NCBI RefSeq assembly: GCF_006345805.1
Contig: NC_043007.1
Location: forward strand, 48,422,001-48,486,000
Length of the DNA stretch: 64,000 bases
Direction: 5' to 3'
Source: Octopus sinensis
Taxonomy: Eukaryota
The notes beneath the pieces were generated by a model. That model made no database searches. It had not been told where the DNA came from and was given only the letters and a program-made list of their open reading frames with translations. A program made the position numbers and the translations under genes. Shown in pieces: positions 1 to 12,598 of the stretch (positions within the stretch are counted from its first letter, which is position 1; each line of letters opens with the position of its first letter).

Positions 1-320
1 ATCACCCTGTCCAGGATGGTCTTGCTAAGTCTGCCGATATCCGATTTAGTCGGACAGATTAATCGTACTCCTACACTATCTGGGAAGTCTTTCTTATGGT
101 CTTTAATAGTAATTTTGGGTACTTGTGGTTTAATAGGTTCTGTTCTGTCCAGGAGGTCTAATTGCTCATAACTTCCTTGATTTGTAGTTAATTTCCTTAA
201 GGTTATCGTAGAAGTAGTTTTATACTTTTGCTAAGTTCCCTCATGATGAGCGTTGTAGGTTTGGTAGTCTAGCCTATACCAGTTCCCAGTCTTGTCGGCG
301 GGTATGATAAGTGAAAGCAT
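1..320 (-). mobile_element. Penelope-like element reverse transcriptase fragment (frameshifted; runs off the window edge)
   Basis: The minus strand encodes IIPADKTGNWYRLD and PKITIKDHKKDFPDSVGVRLICPTKSDIGRLSKTILDRV, the ADK...KDHK...RLI..KSxIGxxSK pattern of PLE RTs. Confidence 0.75.
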
Positions 321-442
321 ATGTATAAATATATGTATATATAATAATGAAGGGTGAAATTAATTAATTTGGAATATTATCAATTACACCAAGTAGTCTT
401 CGGCATGTAAAAGCCTCATTTGAGGAAAATTTAAGTAATACT

Positions 443-592
443 AAGCAATAAGGGTTCAGCAACGAATTGCCTTACCACATACCGAATTTAGAAATAGCAG
501 TCAAAGGGTTATAGCTATAGCTATAACCCTTTGACTGCTATTTCTAAATTCGGTATGTGGTAAGGCAATTCGTTGCTGAACCCTTATTGCTT
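443..592. repeat. Perfect 150-bp palindrome (75-bp arms, no spacer), probably an inverted PLE terminal repeat
   Basis: 443-517 is the exact reverse complement of 518-592 (checked by eye). It sits directly upstream of the minus-strand PLE RT fragment. Confidence 0.9.
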
Positions 593-626
593 TGTATATA
601 TATATATGTATATATATATATATAAT

Positions 627-700
<74 letters not shown>

Positions 701-878
701 GCAAGATTTATTGGCTAAACTGGCAATATGACCATTCCGAAATATAACAATATATATATATACGGTTTAAGTAATTGAGATTCAAGTGAATTCTAATGAA
801 TTCACATGAATATAGTCCTTAACCAGGATGCACCGGAAATCTATATGGTGTTAACCATACGACAAGTGGGGTGATTAC

Positions 879-1037
879 AAATAGGAAAAAAGCAACAAGA
901 ATGGATTCAAATCTCGGTACAATTGTTTCGTACGAGGACATCTTTAATAAGCTGCATTTTTTGTAGCTTATTAAAGATGTCCTCGTACGAAACAATGTAC
1001 CGAGATTTAATCCATTCTTGTTGCTTTTTTCCTATTT
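879..1037. repeat. Near-perfect fold-back repeat (about 78-bp arms, T5 loop) between TA tracts
   Basis: aaataggaaaaaagcaacaagaatggatt... pairs with ...aatccattcttgttgcttttttcctattt, with two 1-nt indels and one mismatch. Confidence 0.85.
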
Positions 1038-1084
1038 ACAATATATATATATATACGTTTATCTTATTAGTTTTTTTTTATCAT

Positions 1085-1450
1085 TTGCTTGTTTCAGCCA
1101 TGCTAGAGCACCACCTTTAGTTGAGCAAATCGACTCCAGGACTTATTCTTTGGAAGCCTAGTACTTATTCTATCAGTCTCTTTTGCCGAATCGCTAAGTT
1201 CTGGGGACGTAAACACACTACCATCGGTTGTCAAGCGAAGTTGGGGGGACAAATACAGACACACAAACATATACACAGACATACATATATGCGACAGGCT
1301 TCTTTCAGTTTCTATCAACCAAATCCACTCACAAGGCTTTGGTCGACCCAAGGCTATAGTAGAAGACACTTGCCCAAGGTGCCACACAGTGGGAATGAAC
1401 CCAGAACCATGTGGTTGGTAAGCCAGCTACTTACCACACAGCCATTCCTG
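1085..1450 (-). mobile_element. tRNA-derived SINE, family A (full length)
   Basis: Minus-strand head ggaatggctgtgtggtaagtagc...gggttcattccc (A/B-box-like), central TA/TG linker, tail ...gctccagcatggc...gaaacaagc; shared with many copies in the window. Confidence 0.8.
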
Positions 1451-1539
1451 CACCTATATATATATATAAAATTTATAATTCAGCATCAGAAAGTTTCCAC
1501 CTTTTGCTTTCTCTTGATTTGCATATATGCTTATATCAT

Positions 1540-1750
1540 CTTTTAACATCTGTTGTCCATGCTGGCATGGATTGGACGATTTGACCAGGGCTGGTAAACT
1601 GAGGGGCTGCACCAGACACCAGTCTGATTTGGTATGATTTCTAAGGCTGGATGCCCTTACTAATGTCAACTACTCTGAGAGTGTAATGGGTGCTTTTACG
1701 TGCCACTGGCATGGGTGCCAGTTATGTAACACCAGTATCCACCACAATAT
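1540..1750 (-). mobile_element. RTE LINE 3' UTR fragment
   Basis: Matches the 3' end of the RTE copy at 28706-30396 (ccatgctggcatgg...ggatgccctt...gccaaccactc). Confidence 0.75.
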
Positions 1751-1830
1751 AGTATATTGTGAAATTTGATTTAATACTAAATTGAATTTTTCCCTGTAAG
1801 TTTGGAGTTATACTCCCTAATATTATTATG

Positions 1831-1880
<50 letters not shown>

Positions 1881-1882
1881 CC

Positions 1883-2108
1883 GGAGTAAACACATAAATG
1901 TTAAACAAGGTGGAAAAAAGAGTACTCAAATACCAGTGGTAGAGTAATATGCTTTATTTAAAGCAGCAGAAAATTCAACAAAACCTGTTACTCTGAGTTT
2001 CCCGTTGCCATTCATCGGACAGTTTTGCTAGCAAAAACTGTCCGATGAACGGCAACAGGAAACTCAGAGTAACAGGTTTTGTTGAATTTTCTGCTGCTTT
2101 AAATAAAG
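1883..2108. mobile_element. PLE-type terminal fold-back element (palindrome 1952-2108) carrying two hammerhead-like motifs
   Basis: Arms are reverse-complementary around gct|agc (2029/2030). The left extension 1883-1955 recurs inverted at 56825-56899. Flanked by (TA)n. Confidence 0.75.
2038..2075 (+). ncRNA. Minimal type I hammerhead ribozyme-like motif (U4C core); mirror copy on the minus strand at 1985-2022
   Basis: CTGT-CCGATGA-A[CG GCAA C(A/G)]G-GAA-ACTC A GAGT-A-ACAG: stem I CTGT/ACAG, GNRA-capped stem II, stem III ACTC/GAGT, GUA cleavage triplet. Confidence 0.55.
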
Positions 2109-2359
2109 TGTATATATATTATATATATAGATCAAAACAGTTTGATTCAAACTCCTTGGTAACCTGAGTTTTAAGTATGACGCTAGTCTTCGGCCATGGG
2201 AAGTTCAATTCAAGTTCTTATGGCTGAAGACTAGTACCAAGGAGTTTCAATCAAACTGATTTGATTCATAAATGTAACTCCTAAATGTGTTCAGTGCCTT
2301 TCTTTCACTTGTCTACCCACTCGCATGCGTGTGTGTGTATAGGTACATATATATATATA

Positions 2360-2800
2360 CACAAGGTGAAGTAAAGAATTATCCGCACTTTCGCTATAAT
2401 ATATTTTCAATATTGTCACACTGCCTTCTGCGCATTCGTGCTTATAGTTGGTACTATTGTGGTTACGTGATCGAAGTTTGAACCTGGTCACGCCATTTTT
2501 CTTTCTGGATTTACAGTGTAGGCATGGCCACTCCACTAGCAATGTGCACCAAAGAAGAATACAGAGCAGTGATCTGAGAGATGGCAATGGTGAACCAGGT
2601 CTCCATTACCATTTCTTGAGCTTGCTGTATCTTCTCTATACTGCTAATTTAAAAAGAGCCTTCCGAAAAGAATGTTTGTATGTGGAGGCAATGATGCACA
2701 TGGAAGAGAATAGATTCCTGAATACAGGGATCACCAAAGTTAAACGCTGAGTTTCATCTCCAAAGGTAGAAATATCTTCGTTGACCATGTGAGTGTAGTT
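2360..2800 (+). mobile_element. Degenerate mariner 5' fragment
   Basis: ATG at about 2524 gives MATPLAMCTKEEYRAVI, like mariner transposase N-termini (CTKEEQRAVI type). The rest is decayed and I could not confirm TIRs. Confidence 0.4.
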
Positions 2801-3468
2801 GAGTAAATGATGGTTTTCATCAGAAGGCAGAAGTATCTTTTATCAGGGTCAACTACTTTTCAGTGGTTGGGTGTAAATAAGATGTTACCACTAATTTTTA
2901 TGCAAAGGATACAATAAGGAAATGAGACATCATTTAATGTTAACTCATTTTTCTTGTTGTGAGGGAAAGCAATGAGCTGCAGTGTCTCAGTCAAATATAT
3001 GCAGTACACACATGAAGAGTTTATAGAAATTACTGGAGTTAACACAACTCAAGCAAAACATTTTGAGAATAACAAGTATACTTTGTTGAACGTGTGGTCA
3101 GAGAAAAATAGCAGTAGTCAGAACATTTCAGTGAAGCTCCTGCATACTGTCCTGGTGTAGGTAAACTGAAAGAGAGATCCGTGCTTTTTAGTGTTCAAGC
3201 GGTGAGAGAGAAAGAAAGCTCTCAACCACTGGAATATGCAAGGGTCAGTTGCGATGCTACCTAGTGGCGTTTATCTGCAATGGGACGTATTTCAGCTATC
3301 CTTGCTAGTCTACTACACATATATATATATATATATTTATTTTGTTTTGTTTTTTTGTCGCTTGCCTATGACCGTTATTTGAAAGGACCAATGAAACAAT
3401 CCATTTTTAAAGGTGCATCGTTTAGCTAGTTTTGATCAAATTGTTATTTCGGTTCTATTTTAGCAAAA

Positions 3469-3506
3469 CTGTCCGACGAACAGGAATGTGAAACTCGGAG
3501 TAACAG
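3469..3506 (+). ncRNA. Minimal type I hammerhead ribozyme-like motif (U4C core) in a PLE-type terminus (about 3462-3540)
   Basis: CTGT-CCGACGA-ACA GGAA TGT-GAA-ACTC G GAGT-A-ACAG; all three stems pair. Confidence 0.6.
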
Positions 3507-3543
3507 CTTTTGTTATATTTCTGCTGCTTTTAAATAAAGTGTG

Positions 3544-3628
<85 letters not shown>

Positions 3629-3683
3629 ATGTATGTATGTATGTATGTATGTATGCATGTATGTGTGTGTATATATATATGTA

Positions 3684-4426
3684 TGTAACGGTAGTGTTAT
3701 TATGGTGCAACGTCGGGATCACCAGTTGTAACGGTTGTTGTTAAGGTGTTGGTTGCCAGTATGCAAGATAGAAGAAGAACAATGATGGAAGTTGTGAAGA
3801 AATATTTATTTACCGTTACTTTGTGTATATCCAAAACCATGATGGGTTGGTATGTATAATTGGTAAATGGAAAAGCGTGTGAGGAAAAAAAGAGTTAATT
3901 TTAACCGGGGTGTGTACACAATCTCATAGTAGTTTATAGAGAGAGATATTATAATGTTAGAGAGAAAAGAAAATGAGTTAGTGAAAGTGAGAGAGTCGAC
4001 AGAAGCTGTCTCACATAGTCGCTGATTGTAACTTTCTTTTTCCCTCTGGCTGTTTGGTCTCTAGTGGCTGCCTGTTTGTGGCCATGACTTTAGTTGTCCG
4101 TCCACACTCAACTGATGGTCACTCTCACTAACTGGCTTTAGCTTACGGAGTTTTTGTTTTTATAACTAACCAAAACTAGCCAGAAGGATAGACATATTGT
4201 TGAGAACAATAGATTTTGTTGGAGGTACCTGTTATCTCTATTCTAACTTTTGGTGAAATAGAAGAGGTTAGAAGGGTCAAGTGGCAAAAACATTCTTCTT
4301 CTTAGCGAAGGCATCTGGTAAATGTAACTGCTGTCACTCACAGAAAAACTATTGTGCTGTTGAACTGTTAAGTTAAATTTGATGATTGAGGATCGAATCC
4401 ATGCTATGCCTGCATGAAGCCACTAC

Positions 4427-4427
<1 letters not shown>
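3684..4427. repeat. TG...CA-bounded interspersed repeat (possible solo LTR) in TA microsatellite
   Basis: Starts TGTAACGG and ends CCACTACA. Its last ~150 bp recur at about 47053-47212. Confidence 0.35.
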
Positions 4428-4477
<50 letters not shown>

Positions 4478-4480
<3 letters not shown>

Positions 4481-5764
4481 GGTGGAGTGAATAAACTGTC
4501 ATCTAAATTACCCAAAAATGAAAATAACATTGACATCTCATTTTAACAGATACATTTGCCAAAATTACATAAAAATATCTTGAAATACTAAAGAGTAAAT
4601 TCATTCAATAAACTTGCCATTGGCTTCAACCTCAGCCTTCAGACGTCTTCAGAATCTCCTGCAACTCTTCTAAAGAGTCTCCTTGTTTAAGTTTGTGAAT
4701 GTTGCTATAATCCTTGCCTTCAGTTCATCTTTGATGTTAGAAGTTTTTCTGGTCTCTTGCTCAAATGCGCTCCACACATAATAATCAAGGTGGCTGTTGC
4801 CTGGGGAGTTGTTAGGTAGCCAGATGTTAGGGATGATGTGGTCACAGAAATTGTCTGACAGCTATGACTGGGTTCTCTTACTTGTGTGACATGGTGCATA
4901 TATATAGGGTCTTCCAGCAGCCACCCTCTTGACTTAAGGCAGCACTACCTCCTCCAGGCACTTGATGTAGGCCTCCGTGTTGAGTTTGAGGCCGTGTGGG
5001 AAGATGAATGGAGGCATAATGTCGCCATCACTAGTGATCACCCCAAACACCATGATGTTGATTGGATGTTTGATTTTTATCATTCTCGGTACATGTTTTG
5101 AGGACACGGCAAGCCAACGATTGTTCTGTGTGTCCACCATCTGATCCTGGTAGAAATTTTCTCATCTCAGAAAACCAAAACATGTTCGGTTGAAGGGGAT
5201 GCTTGAGTTTGTTCAAAAGCTTTATAGCACAGTCTTTCCTCTTGTCCTTGATGGTTTGGGATAAAAATTGGCCCTTTGCCATCTTGTTTGAAGAATACCA
5301 AATGTCTTCATACACTACCTGCCTGATAAGAAACTCAGACACTCCCATGTCTCTGGCGATGGACCTGACTGACTTGGAGCGATTGTTGTCGATCATGGAC
5401 TGGATCTCACTAACAAATTCAGGAATTCTTTTCTTACCAGACCTATCAGAGTGAGTTTTATGAGCTGTTGTACCTTCGTAATCACCATTAGACACATCCA
5501 ACTCTTTCCGAATTCTCTGCACTATCCTCAGATTTCACCCAAACACTCTGAAATGTTCATATTGAAGTTTTCTGTGTGAATGCCAAGCAGTACAGCATGT
5601 TGTTTCCAAATTTCTGGCAGAGTGAATTGTGCCATGGTGTTGTTTTTCTCACAAATGGTGCCCAACTTACCCTACTATACTGTGTAGTCGACAAAATCAA
5701 AAACAAGAATGCACACACATTAAATTAAAGATATAAAATGGCAACAATTTACACATCACACCCA
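4478..5764 (-). mobile_element. Tc1/mariner (DD37D/maT-like) transposon, decayed
   Basis: The minus strand encodes HTH-like KSVRSIARDMGVSEFLIRQVV, NIMVFGVITSDGDIMPPFIF and APCHTSKRTQS...IWLPNNSP. The second catalytic D region is replaced by (TA)n at about 4898-4906. Terminus tggggtggagtgaataaactgtcatct matches the end of the copy at 40020. Confidence 0.8.
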
Positions 5765-5868
5765 ATATATACATATATATATATATATATATGTTTAGCA
5801 CACCTCTTTGAAGGATTTCTTTTCCTCAGTTTGTTACTTTATATATATATATATACAGATACATTTAC

Positions 5869-5899
<31 letters not shown>

Positions 5900-5919
5900 G
5901 TGTGTGGTTATATATATGA

Positions 5920-6335
<416 letters not shown>

Positions 6336-6635
6336 GGAAAGGGAATGTATATAGACACACATGCACACACATACATGGAGACATAAATACATATAGAAAC
6401 ATGCATATAGATATCTATACATATACAAATATATACATATATATACAGACACATACAGACAGAGATATATGCATGCGTGTGTGTGTCTGTGTATATATAT
6501 ACATATATATATATACATTTGCATCACACACACACATATGTATAAAAATTCACCATATATACATATATGTGTGTGTGTATGTATGTATATATGTATATAT
6601 ATGTATATATGTATATATTTATATATATATATATA

Positions 6636-7188
6636 TTGGATTGTCTGGAAAGTTTGTGCCGATTTTTAAAGGAAAGAAAAAGGTCAATAAATACTTGCCA
6701 TTACATTTTTAATCAACCAAATATGAACCATTGCATCTCCATCTTTCCTATAACTAGAAAATACCTTCTTCCCAGAATTGAGGTGGTTTCATGGCAAAGA
6801 ATTCATCAAGGTATCTTTTTACATCATCCAAGGAATTGAAATTTTTACCATTAAGATTATTCTGCAGAGGCCTGAATAAGTGGAAATCCGAAGGAGCAAT
6901 ATCTGGTGAATATGGAGGGTGGGGTAAAGCATCTCAGCCGAGCTGCAGCAATTTTTGTCTGGTTCCCAAAACATCAAGTGCCGAAAATGAACTTTCTTAT
7001 CTTCCATTTTAAAGGGTTACAGAATTAACACAGTTTATAGGAACATAAACCTTCTTCCACGAAAAGAGAGCTTAAACTGTGCTCTAAATGGAGGTGTAGT
7101 CAAATCCTATTTTATGGACTCAATCATGTTCTAAAATAAGTCGAAAGGTAAGCTACTATAAATCAGCACGAACTTTCCAGACAACCTA

Positions 7189-7189
<1 letters not shown>
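6636..7189 (-). mobile_element. Internally deleted mariner (non-autonomous) with TIRs and TA TSD
   Basis: TIRs ttggattgtctggaaagtttgtgccgattt / aaatcagcacgaactttccagacaacctaa, both flanked by TA. The minus strand retains HPPYSPDIAPSDFHLFRPLQN. Confidence 0.9.
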
Positions 7190-7219
<30 letters not shown>

Positions 7220-7237
7220 TCTATATATATATATATG

Positions 7238-7269
<32 letters not shown>

Positions 7270-7363
7270 TGTATGTATGTATGTATGTATGCATGTATGT
7301 ATGTGTATATATATATATATATATATATAGATAGATAGATAGATAGATAGATACATACATACA

Positions 7364-7394
<31 letters not shown>

Positions 7395-7879
7395 TAATAA
7401 ACACACATCAACATGCACACATCAGCCATTTCCCCCTCTAGTATATATCTCCTTCATAAACAACACTACACAGAAAATAGAATTCAGTTGAGCCAACTGA
7501 AGAATTGGTCCTCCAAATTACAGCAGCCTGCAATAATTGGACACCACCATCATGTTACAGAATGAATAATTGATTTAGTCAGTGAGATTCGTTAACAAAA
7601 ATAGATAAGAAATTCCTTTTCTAGGTGTAAACAAATAAAACACCAGACAAACAATTGTATTCAGTTGTACTGTTTTTAATTGAACAAGTTGTGGGAAAAA
7701 ATGAATCTATTTATAATAAATCAGATTAAACACATATTGTTACTATTTTTATATTACTCAGAGTTGCTTTATTTTAATTCATCAAATGGGTGGGGGAGGC
7801 ACATACACACACACACATATACATACATATATAAATGTACATATATATATGTATGTTAGTTAGTTAGTATGTATGTATA

Positions 7880-8181
7880 TATCATCGTGATCACCGTGAC
7901 CAACCAGGCTATCAGATATTGCTACACATCGCTGGTCACAATGCGCTTCGCATTGTTTTAGCCTTCAACTGATGCCACCCCACTGGCTAAGCGAGCAGGC
8001 CAACAGGAGAAAGAGTGAGAGAGAGTTGTGGTGAAAGAATACAGCAGGGATCACCACCAACCCCTGCCGGAGCCTCGTGGAGCTTTAGGTGTTTTCACTC
8101 AATAAACACGCACAACACCCGGTCTGGGAATCGAAACCGTGATCCTACGACCGCAAGTCTGCTGCCCTAACCACTGGGCCA
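7880..8181 (-). mobile_element. tRNA-derived SINE (family C)
   Basis: Minus head atggcccagtggttagggcagcagacttgcggtcgtaggatcacggtttcgattccc with A box and B box, followed by a non-tRNA body. Confidence 0.8.
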
Positions 8182-8523
8182 TACATACATGTATGTATAT
8201 ATATTTATATATATATTCAAATGTGAATGAGAATGAATGAATATATATATAAACTTAACAAGGAATTTTTGTCAGGTGACTCCAACTATGTATACCTATT
8301 TATCATATATCTAAATTAAATATCCTTGTCAAGTCTTTTCAAATGGTTTGCCTTTTCATTTCTGTTTTAATCAATATATATATGTATTTAAACATATATA
8401 TATACATTATACAAGATTAAATTACCTTATGTCCAGCTTACTAAACCATTATTATAGTTTACTTTGTACATTCTTGCATTGTTCCAGCCTTACAGAAAAA
8501 AATCTCTTTAGATATATTATATA

Positions 8524-8600
8524 GGCGCAGGAATGGCTGTGTGGTAAGTAGCTTGCTTACCAACCACATGGTTCTGGCTTCAGTCCCACTTTGGTCGCTA
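8524..8600 (+). mobile_element. SINE family A head only
   Basis: ggcgcaggaatggctgtgtggtaagtagcttgcttaccaaccacatggttctggcttcagtcccac. Confidence 0.7.
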
Positions 8601-10187
8601 TGTAAGGCACAATGCCGGTAATCATAGTTATATGGCACAAGGACCTTTTGCAACACACTCTACGTTTTATTGGCAGCGCATGTGTGCTTGAGTTGTCTAG
8701 TGTTGTTGCTGCATTGATTAGCTAACCACTTAATTCTATTCCTTCAACATGAACACAACATTCAAAATACTGCCAAAGTATTGCTTGGATATATCTGGGA
8801 TTATACCTAAGGGAAGTATACCTTCATGGAAGTATGGACCAACCTCAATTGCCTCTGGAAGATGAACTGTGAACCTTATTCTCCTATCTGCATTCTTCTA
8901 TCTACTACTTTACTCTTTATTCTTTTATCTACTATTTTATTCATTATTTTATTCCTTATAGACTGTGAATTTCCCTGTCTAGAACTTTCACACATACTCA
9001 TCTTGATGGAATACCCAGGGTACGAACATGCTAGCCTATCACTTGGATAGCCCAGAAACAGCTGTAAGACTTCAAATTCACCTTACCCTAATTAAATATT
9101 CTAAATTACTTGACATGCTTGTCCTGCCTTGGTTTTTACTGTCCTTTTTCCTCAAATCTAACATAATAAATGTGCAAACTAATTTCTGTGTGTCAGTGTG
9201 TCACACTTAGACCCCCTCTCTCACTATTCAATGACACTCCTACTATTCCTCATGATGGGGTGAGAGTAATAGTAGGCATAGAGATGGTGAGAGTGGTAGT
9301 GAAGACAGAGAGAGAGAGAAAGAGAAAGAAAAAGAGAGGGAGAGAAAGAGAAACAAAGAAATTTAGGGAGAGTTGATGATGTTTTATTAAAAGTAATAGT
9401 GTTGATGGTGGCAGTAGGAGTAATAATAAGAGAGAGAGAGGGACTGCACACTGAAGCAACATGCTGAATAACATACTGAACAAAGACACACATTTAATCT
9501 TTTTGTTATGGTAATAGTATGGTGATAGTAATAGTATGAGCTGTAGTTGTGATAGAGGCAGAGGTGGTGGTGATGATTGGGGTAGGGAGTCAGGGATGAT
9601 GTGAGAGAAAACAATGGGAAAGACAGTGGTGATGGTGGTGAAGAAGGCAGAAAAGTCAAAGGTATTGATGGTGGTGGCGTCAGAAGTCTGAATGGTGTGT
9701 GCTTGGCAGTTATGGTGGTGATACTGATGATGGTGAAGGATGAAAACAATCAGCAGAAAAAGAAAGAGAGAAAGAGGTTAGATAGAAAAAAATTGATCTG
9801 ACCCCTGAATGAGTAGACAAAAAATGTTGTTCATCATGCAGCTTTGCAATAAGTTCCAAGTCAACAAATTATATCATTGTTTTGATGAAAATTGTTCATT
9901 GCTTGAAAAATATTGTTCAAGTTTAATAAAATTTATTATGTACCCAATGCATGAAGTGTCATTGTTGGGCGCAAAGCCTAATGAAGAGCCTTCCACAGGA
10001 GATAGCTTAAAAGTCACATGATAAGCAGCTTTTAAGCTAGTATTATATATATCCGCTGACTCAGAAGCCTAATATGGATTCCTAGCTCCAGCTTCAACCA
10101 TGAACTTGTAACTTGGCAGATGACTAATTATAGCACTTACCAAGCGTACTTATTCGTTTAGATCACCGGTGTGTGTGCGTGTGTGTC

Positions 10188-12102
10188 ATCATCATCACCA
10201 TTTAACATCTGTTGTCCATGCTGGCATGAGTTGGACGGTTTGACCAGGGCTGGCAAGCTGGAAGGCTGCACAAGACTCTAGTCTAACTTGGCATGGTTTC
10301 TATACCTGGATGCCCTTCCTAACGCCAACTACTCCACTGGCATGAGTGCCATTTGCATGACACCGGTATCTGCCATGACTGCAATTTTACTTGGATTGAT
10401 GGGTTTTCTTCTCAAGCAAAACATAATGCCAAAGGTCTCGGTCATTGCCCAACACTCAAAACGAGCTTTTCATGTACCACCAGCATAAGCCACTTTGCCT
10501 CTGTGTGACCCAACACTCAAAAGGTGCTTTTTACGTCCCACTGGCATGGGTGCCAGTTACATGACACCAGCATCAGCCACAACTACGATTTCACTTGGCT
10601 TGATGGATCTTCTCAAGAACAGCATATTGCCAAAGATCTCAGTCATTAGTCATTGCCTCTGTGAGGCCCAAAATTCAAAGATCACGCTTCACCACCTTGT
10701 CCTTCTAGGGTCTACCTCTATCACAGGTTTCCTCCACAGTTAGAGATTGGCACTTCTTTACACAGATGTCTTCATCCATCCGCATAACATGACCATACCA
10801 GTGCAGTCGTCTCTCTTGCACATCACATCTGATACCTCTTACACCCAACTTTTCTATCAAGATGCTTACACTCTGTTGAACATATACACTGACATTGCAC
10901 TCCAGCAAAGCATACTGGCTACATTTCTTTCAAGCCAACACATGTCCTCAGCAGTCACAGCCCATGTTTCACTGCCATTTAGCATGGCTGTTCACATACA
11001 GGCATCATACAATCTGCCTTTCACTCTAAGAGAGGCCCTTTGTTGCCAGCAGTGGTAGGAGCTCTCTGAACTTTGCCCAGCCTAATCTTATTCCAACAGC
11101 TACACTCTCAGAGCATCTATCTTCACTACTAACTTAGTCACCTAGATAATGGAAGCTATCTACTACCTCTAGCTTACCTCACTGGCAGTTGATGGAGTCT
11201 ATTTTCTGTACATTTTCAGTGTTTATTGTACCTGTGCGTCTTCCACACTCAAAAGCAATTTTCCCTGTTAACTTTCCTCTGATATTGTTGCACCTCATAT
11301 GTGCCCATAGCTTACACTAGGTATATCTTATGGAGTTTCTACCTATGCCTTTCCTACAGATCGAGCAGGGCCATCTACTTGAAGGGATTTGTGGTTTGTC
11401 TGCCTTCCTACTTACTAAGACTTTGGTTTTTTCTAGGTTAACTCTAAGGCCCTTCGATTCTAGACCTTGCTTCCATATCTGAAACTTCTTCTCTAGTTCT
11501 GTTAGTGATTCAACTATAGGAACACAGTCATCAGCATAGAGGAGCTTCAAGGGGTAGCCTGTCTTTAATTTCTCTGTTATTGCCTGGAGGACTATGATGA
11601 ACAAGAGGTGGTTGAAGACTGATCCTTGGTGAACACCTACTTGTACTCTGAATTTTTTGCTGTACTCATTGCCAACCTTCACCCTAGTGGTAGCGTCTCT
11701 GTACATGGCTTGTACAGCTCTCACCAACCATTTGTCTATCCCTAATTTCTGCATTGACCACCAGATGATGGACTGGGTGGGGGGCAGTCAAAGGCTTTCT
11801 CCAAGTCAACAAAAGCTAAGTACGGAGGTTTATCTTTGGCTAGGTACTTCTTCTACAGCTGCTTTACCAAAAATATAGCATCAGTGGTGCTTCTCCCTAA
11901 CACAAAATCAAACTGCATCTCATCTAGACTAACTCTCTTCCTAATTAGTTCGGCTATGACCCACTCCATAACTTTCATCAACTGATCTAACAATTTCATA
12001 CCTCCGTAATTATTTCTATCTAAAGCATCATTTTTACCTTTGTAGCTGTTGACTATGATGTGGCAACACCAGTCACTGGGTATGACTCCTTCGTGAACCA
12101 CC
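10188..12102 (-). mobile_element. RTE-clade LINE, 5'-truncated and decayed (RT + 3' UTR + (GAT)n tail)
   Basis: ORF fragments KNDALDRNNYGGMKLL...LDEMQFDF..GRSTTDAIF, GVHQGSV..LLF...LLYADD and RRLHWYGHVMRMDED. The tail is at the left end. Confidence 0.9.
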
Positions 12103-12164
12103 TAATTTACAATATAGGTGACCTACACTGCCAGAAATTTTAAGCATCTCAGCAATGATTTCTG

Positions 12165-12345
12165 ATGGGCCAGGGACTGGTGTGTTTACGTTCCCGTAAC
12201 TTAGCAGTTCGACAAAATAGACTGATAGAATAAGTAGTAGGCTTACAAAGAATAAGTCCTGGGTTCGATTAGCTCAACTAAAGGTGGTGCTCCAGCATGG
12301 GCACAGTCAAATGATTGAAACAAATAAAGAGAGTAAAAAAGAGGA
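12165..12345 (+). mobile_element. SINE family A 3' half
   Basis: gtgtttacgttcccgtaacttagcagttc...gctccagcatgg...gaaacaaataaagagag. Confidence 0.75.
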
Positions 12346-12349
12346 TATC

Positions 12350-12380
<31 letters not shown>

Positions 12381-12565
12381 TCTGCCTTGGTCCCTTGATT
12401 TTTCTTTTGTGAGTTGAAAGAACAACTTTGATTAACTAAGATTATTCATGCAACTTGTTAACCAAACATCCCTCAAAATGTTTTTAAAACAAAAAAACAC
12501 GCAAAAAAAAAATCACCAGACAATGGCGACAACTGCAATAAAATCAATTAATCGTTGTGTCAATG

Positions 12566-12598
<33 letters not shown>

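Noticed and set aside
395-425. Hammerhead on the minus strand (ctcaaatga-ggc...gcc-gaagac)
   Set aside because: Stem II pairs, but the core lacks G5 and GAAA is GAAG, with no compensatory logic.
8110-8181. tRNA gene
   Set aside because: A/B boxes are present, but there is no closed acceptor stem and the sequence continues into a repeated SINE body; the same applies to 8524 and 48545.
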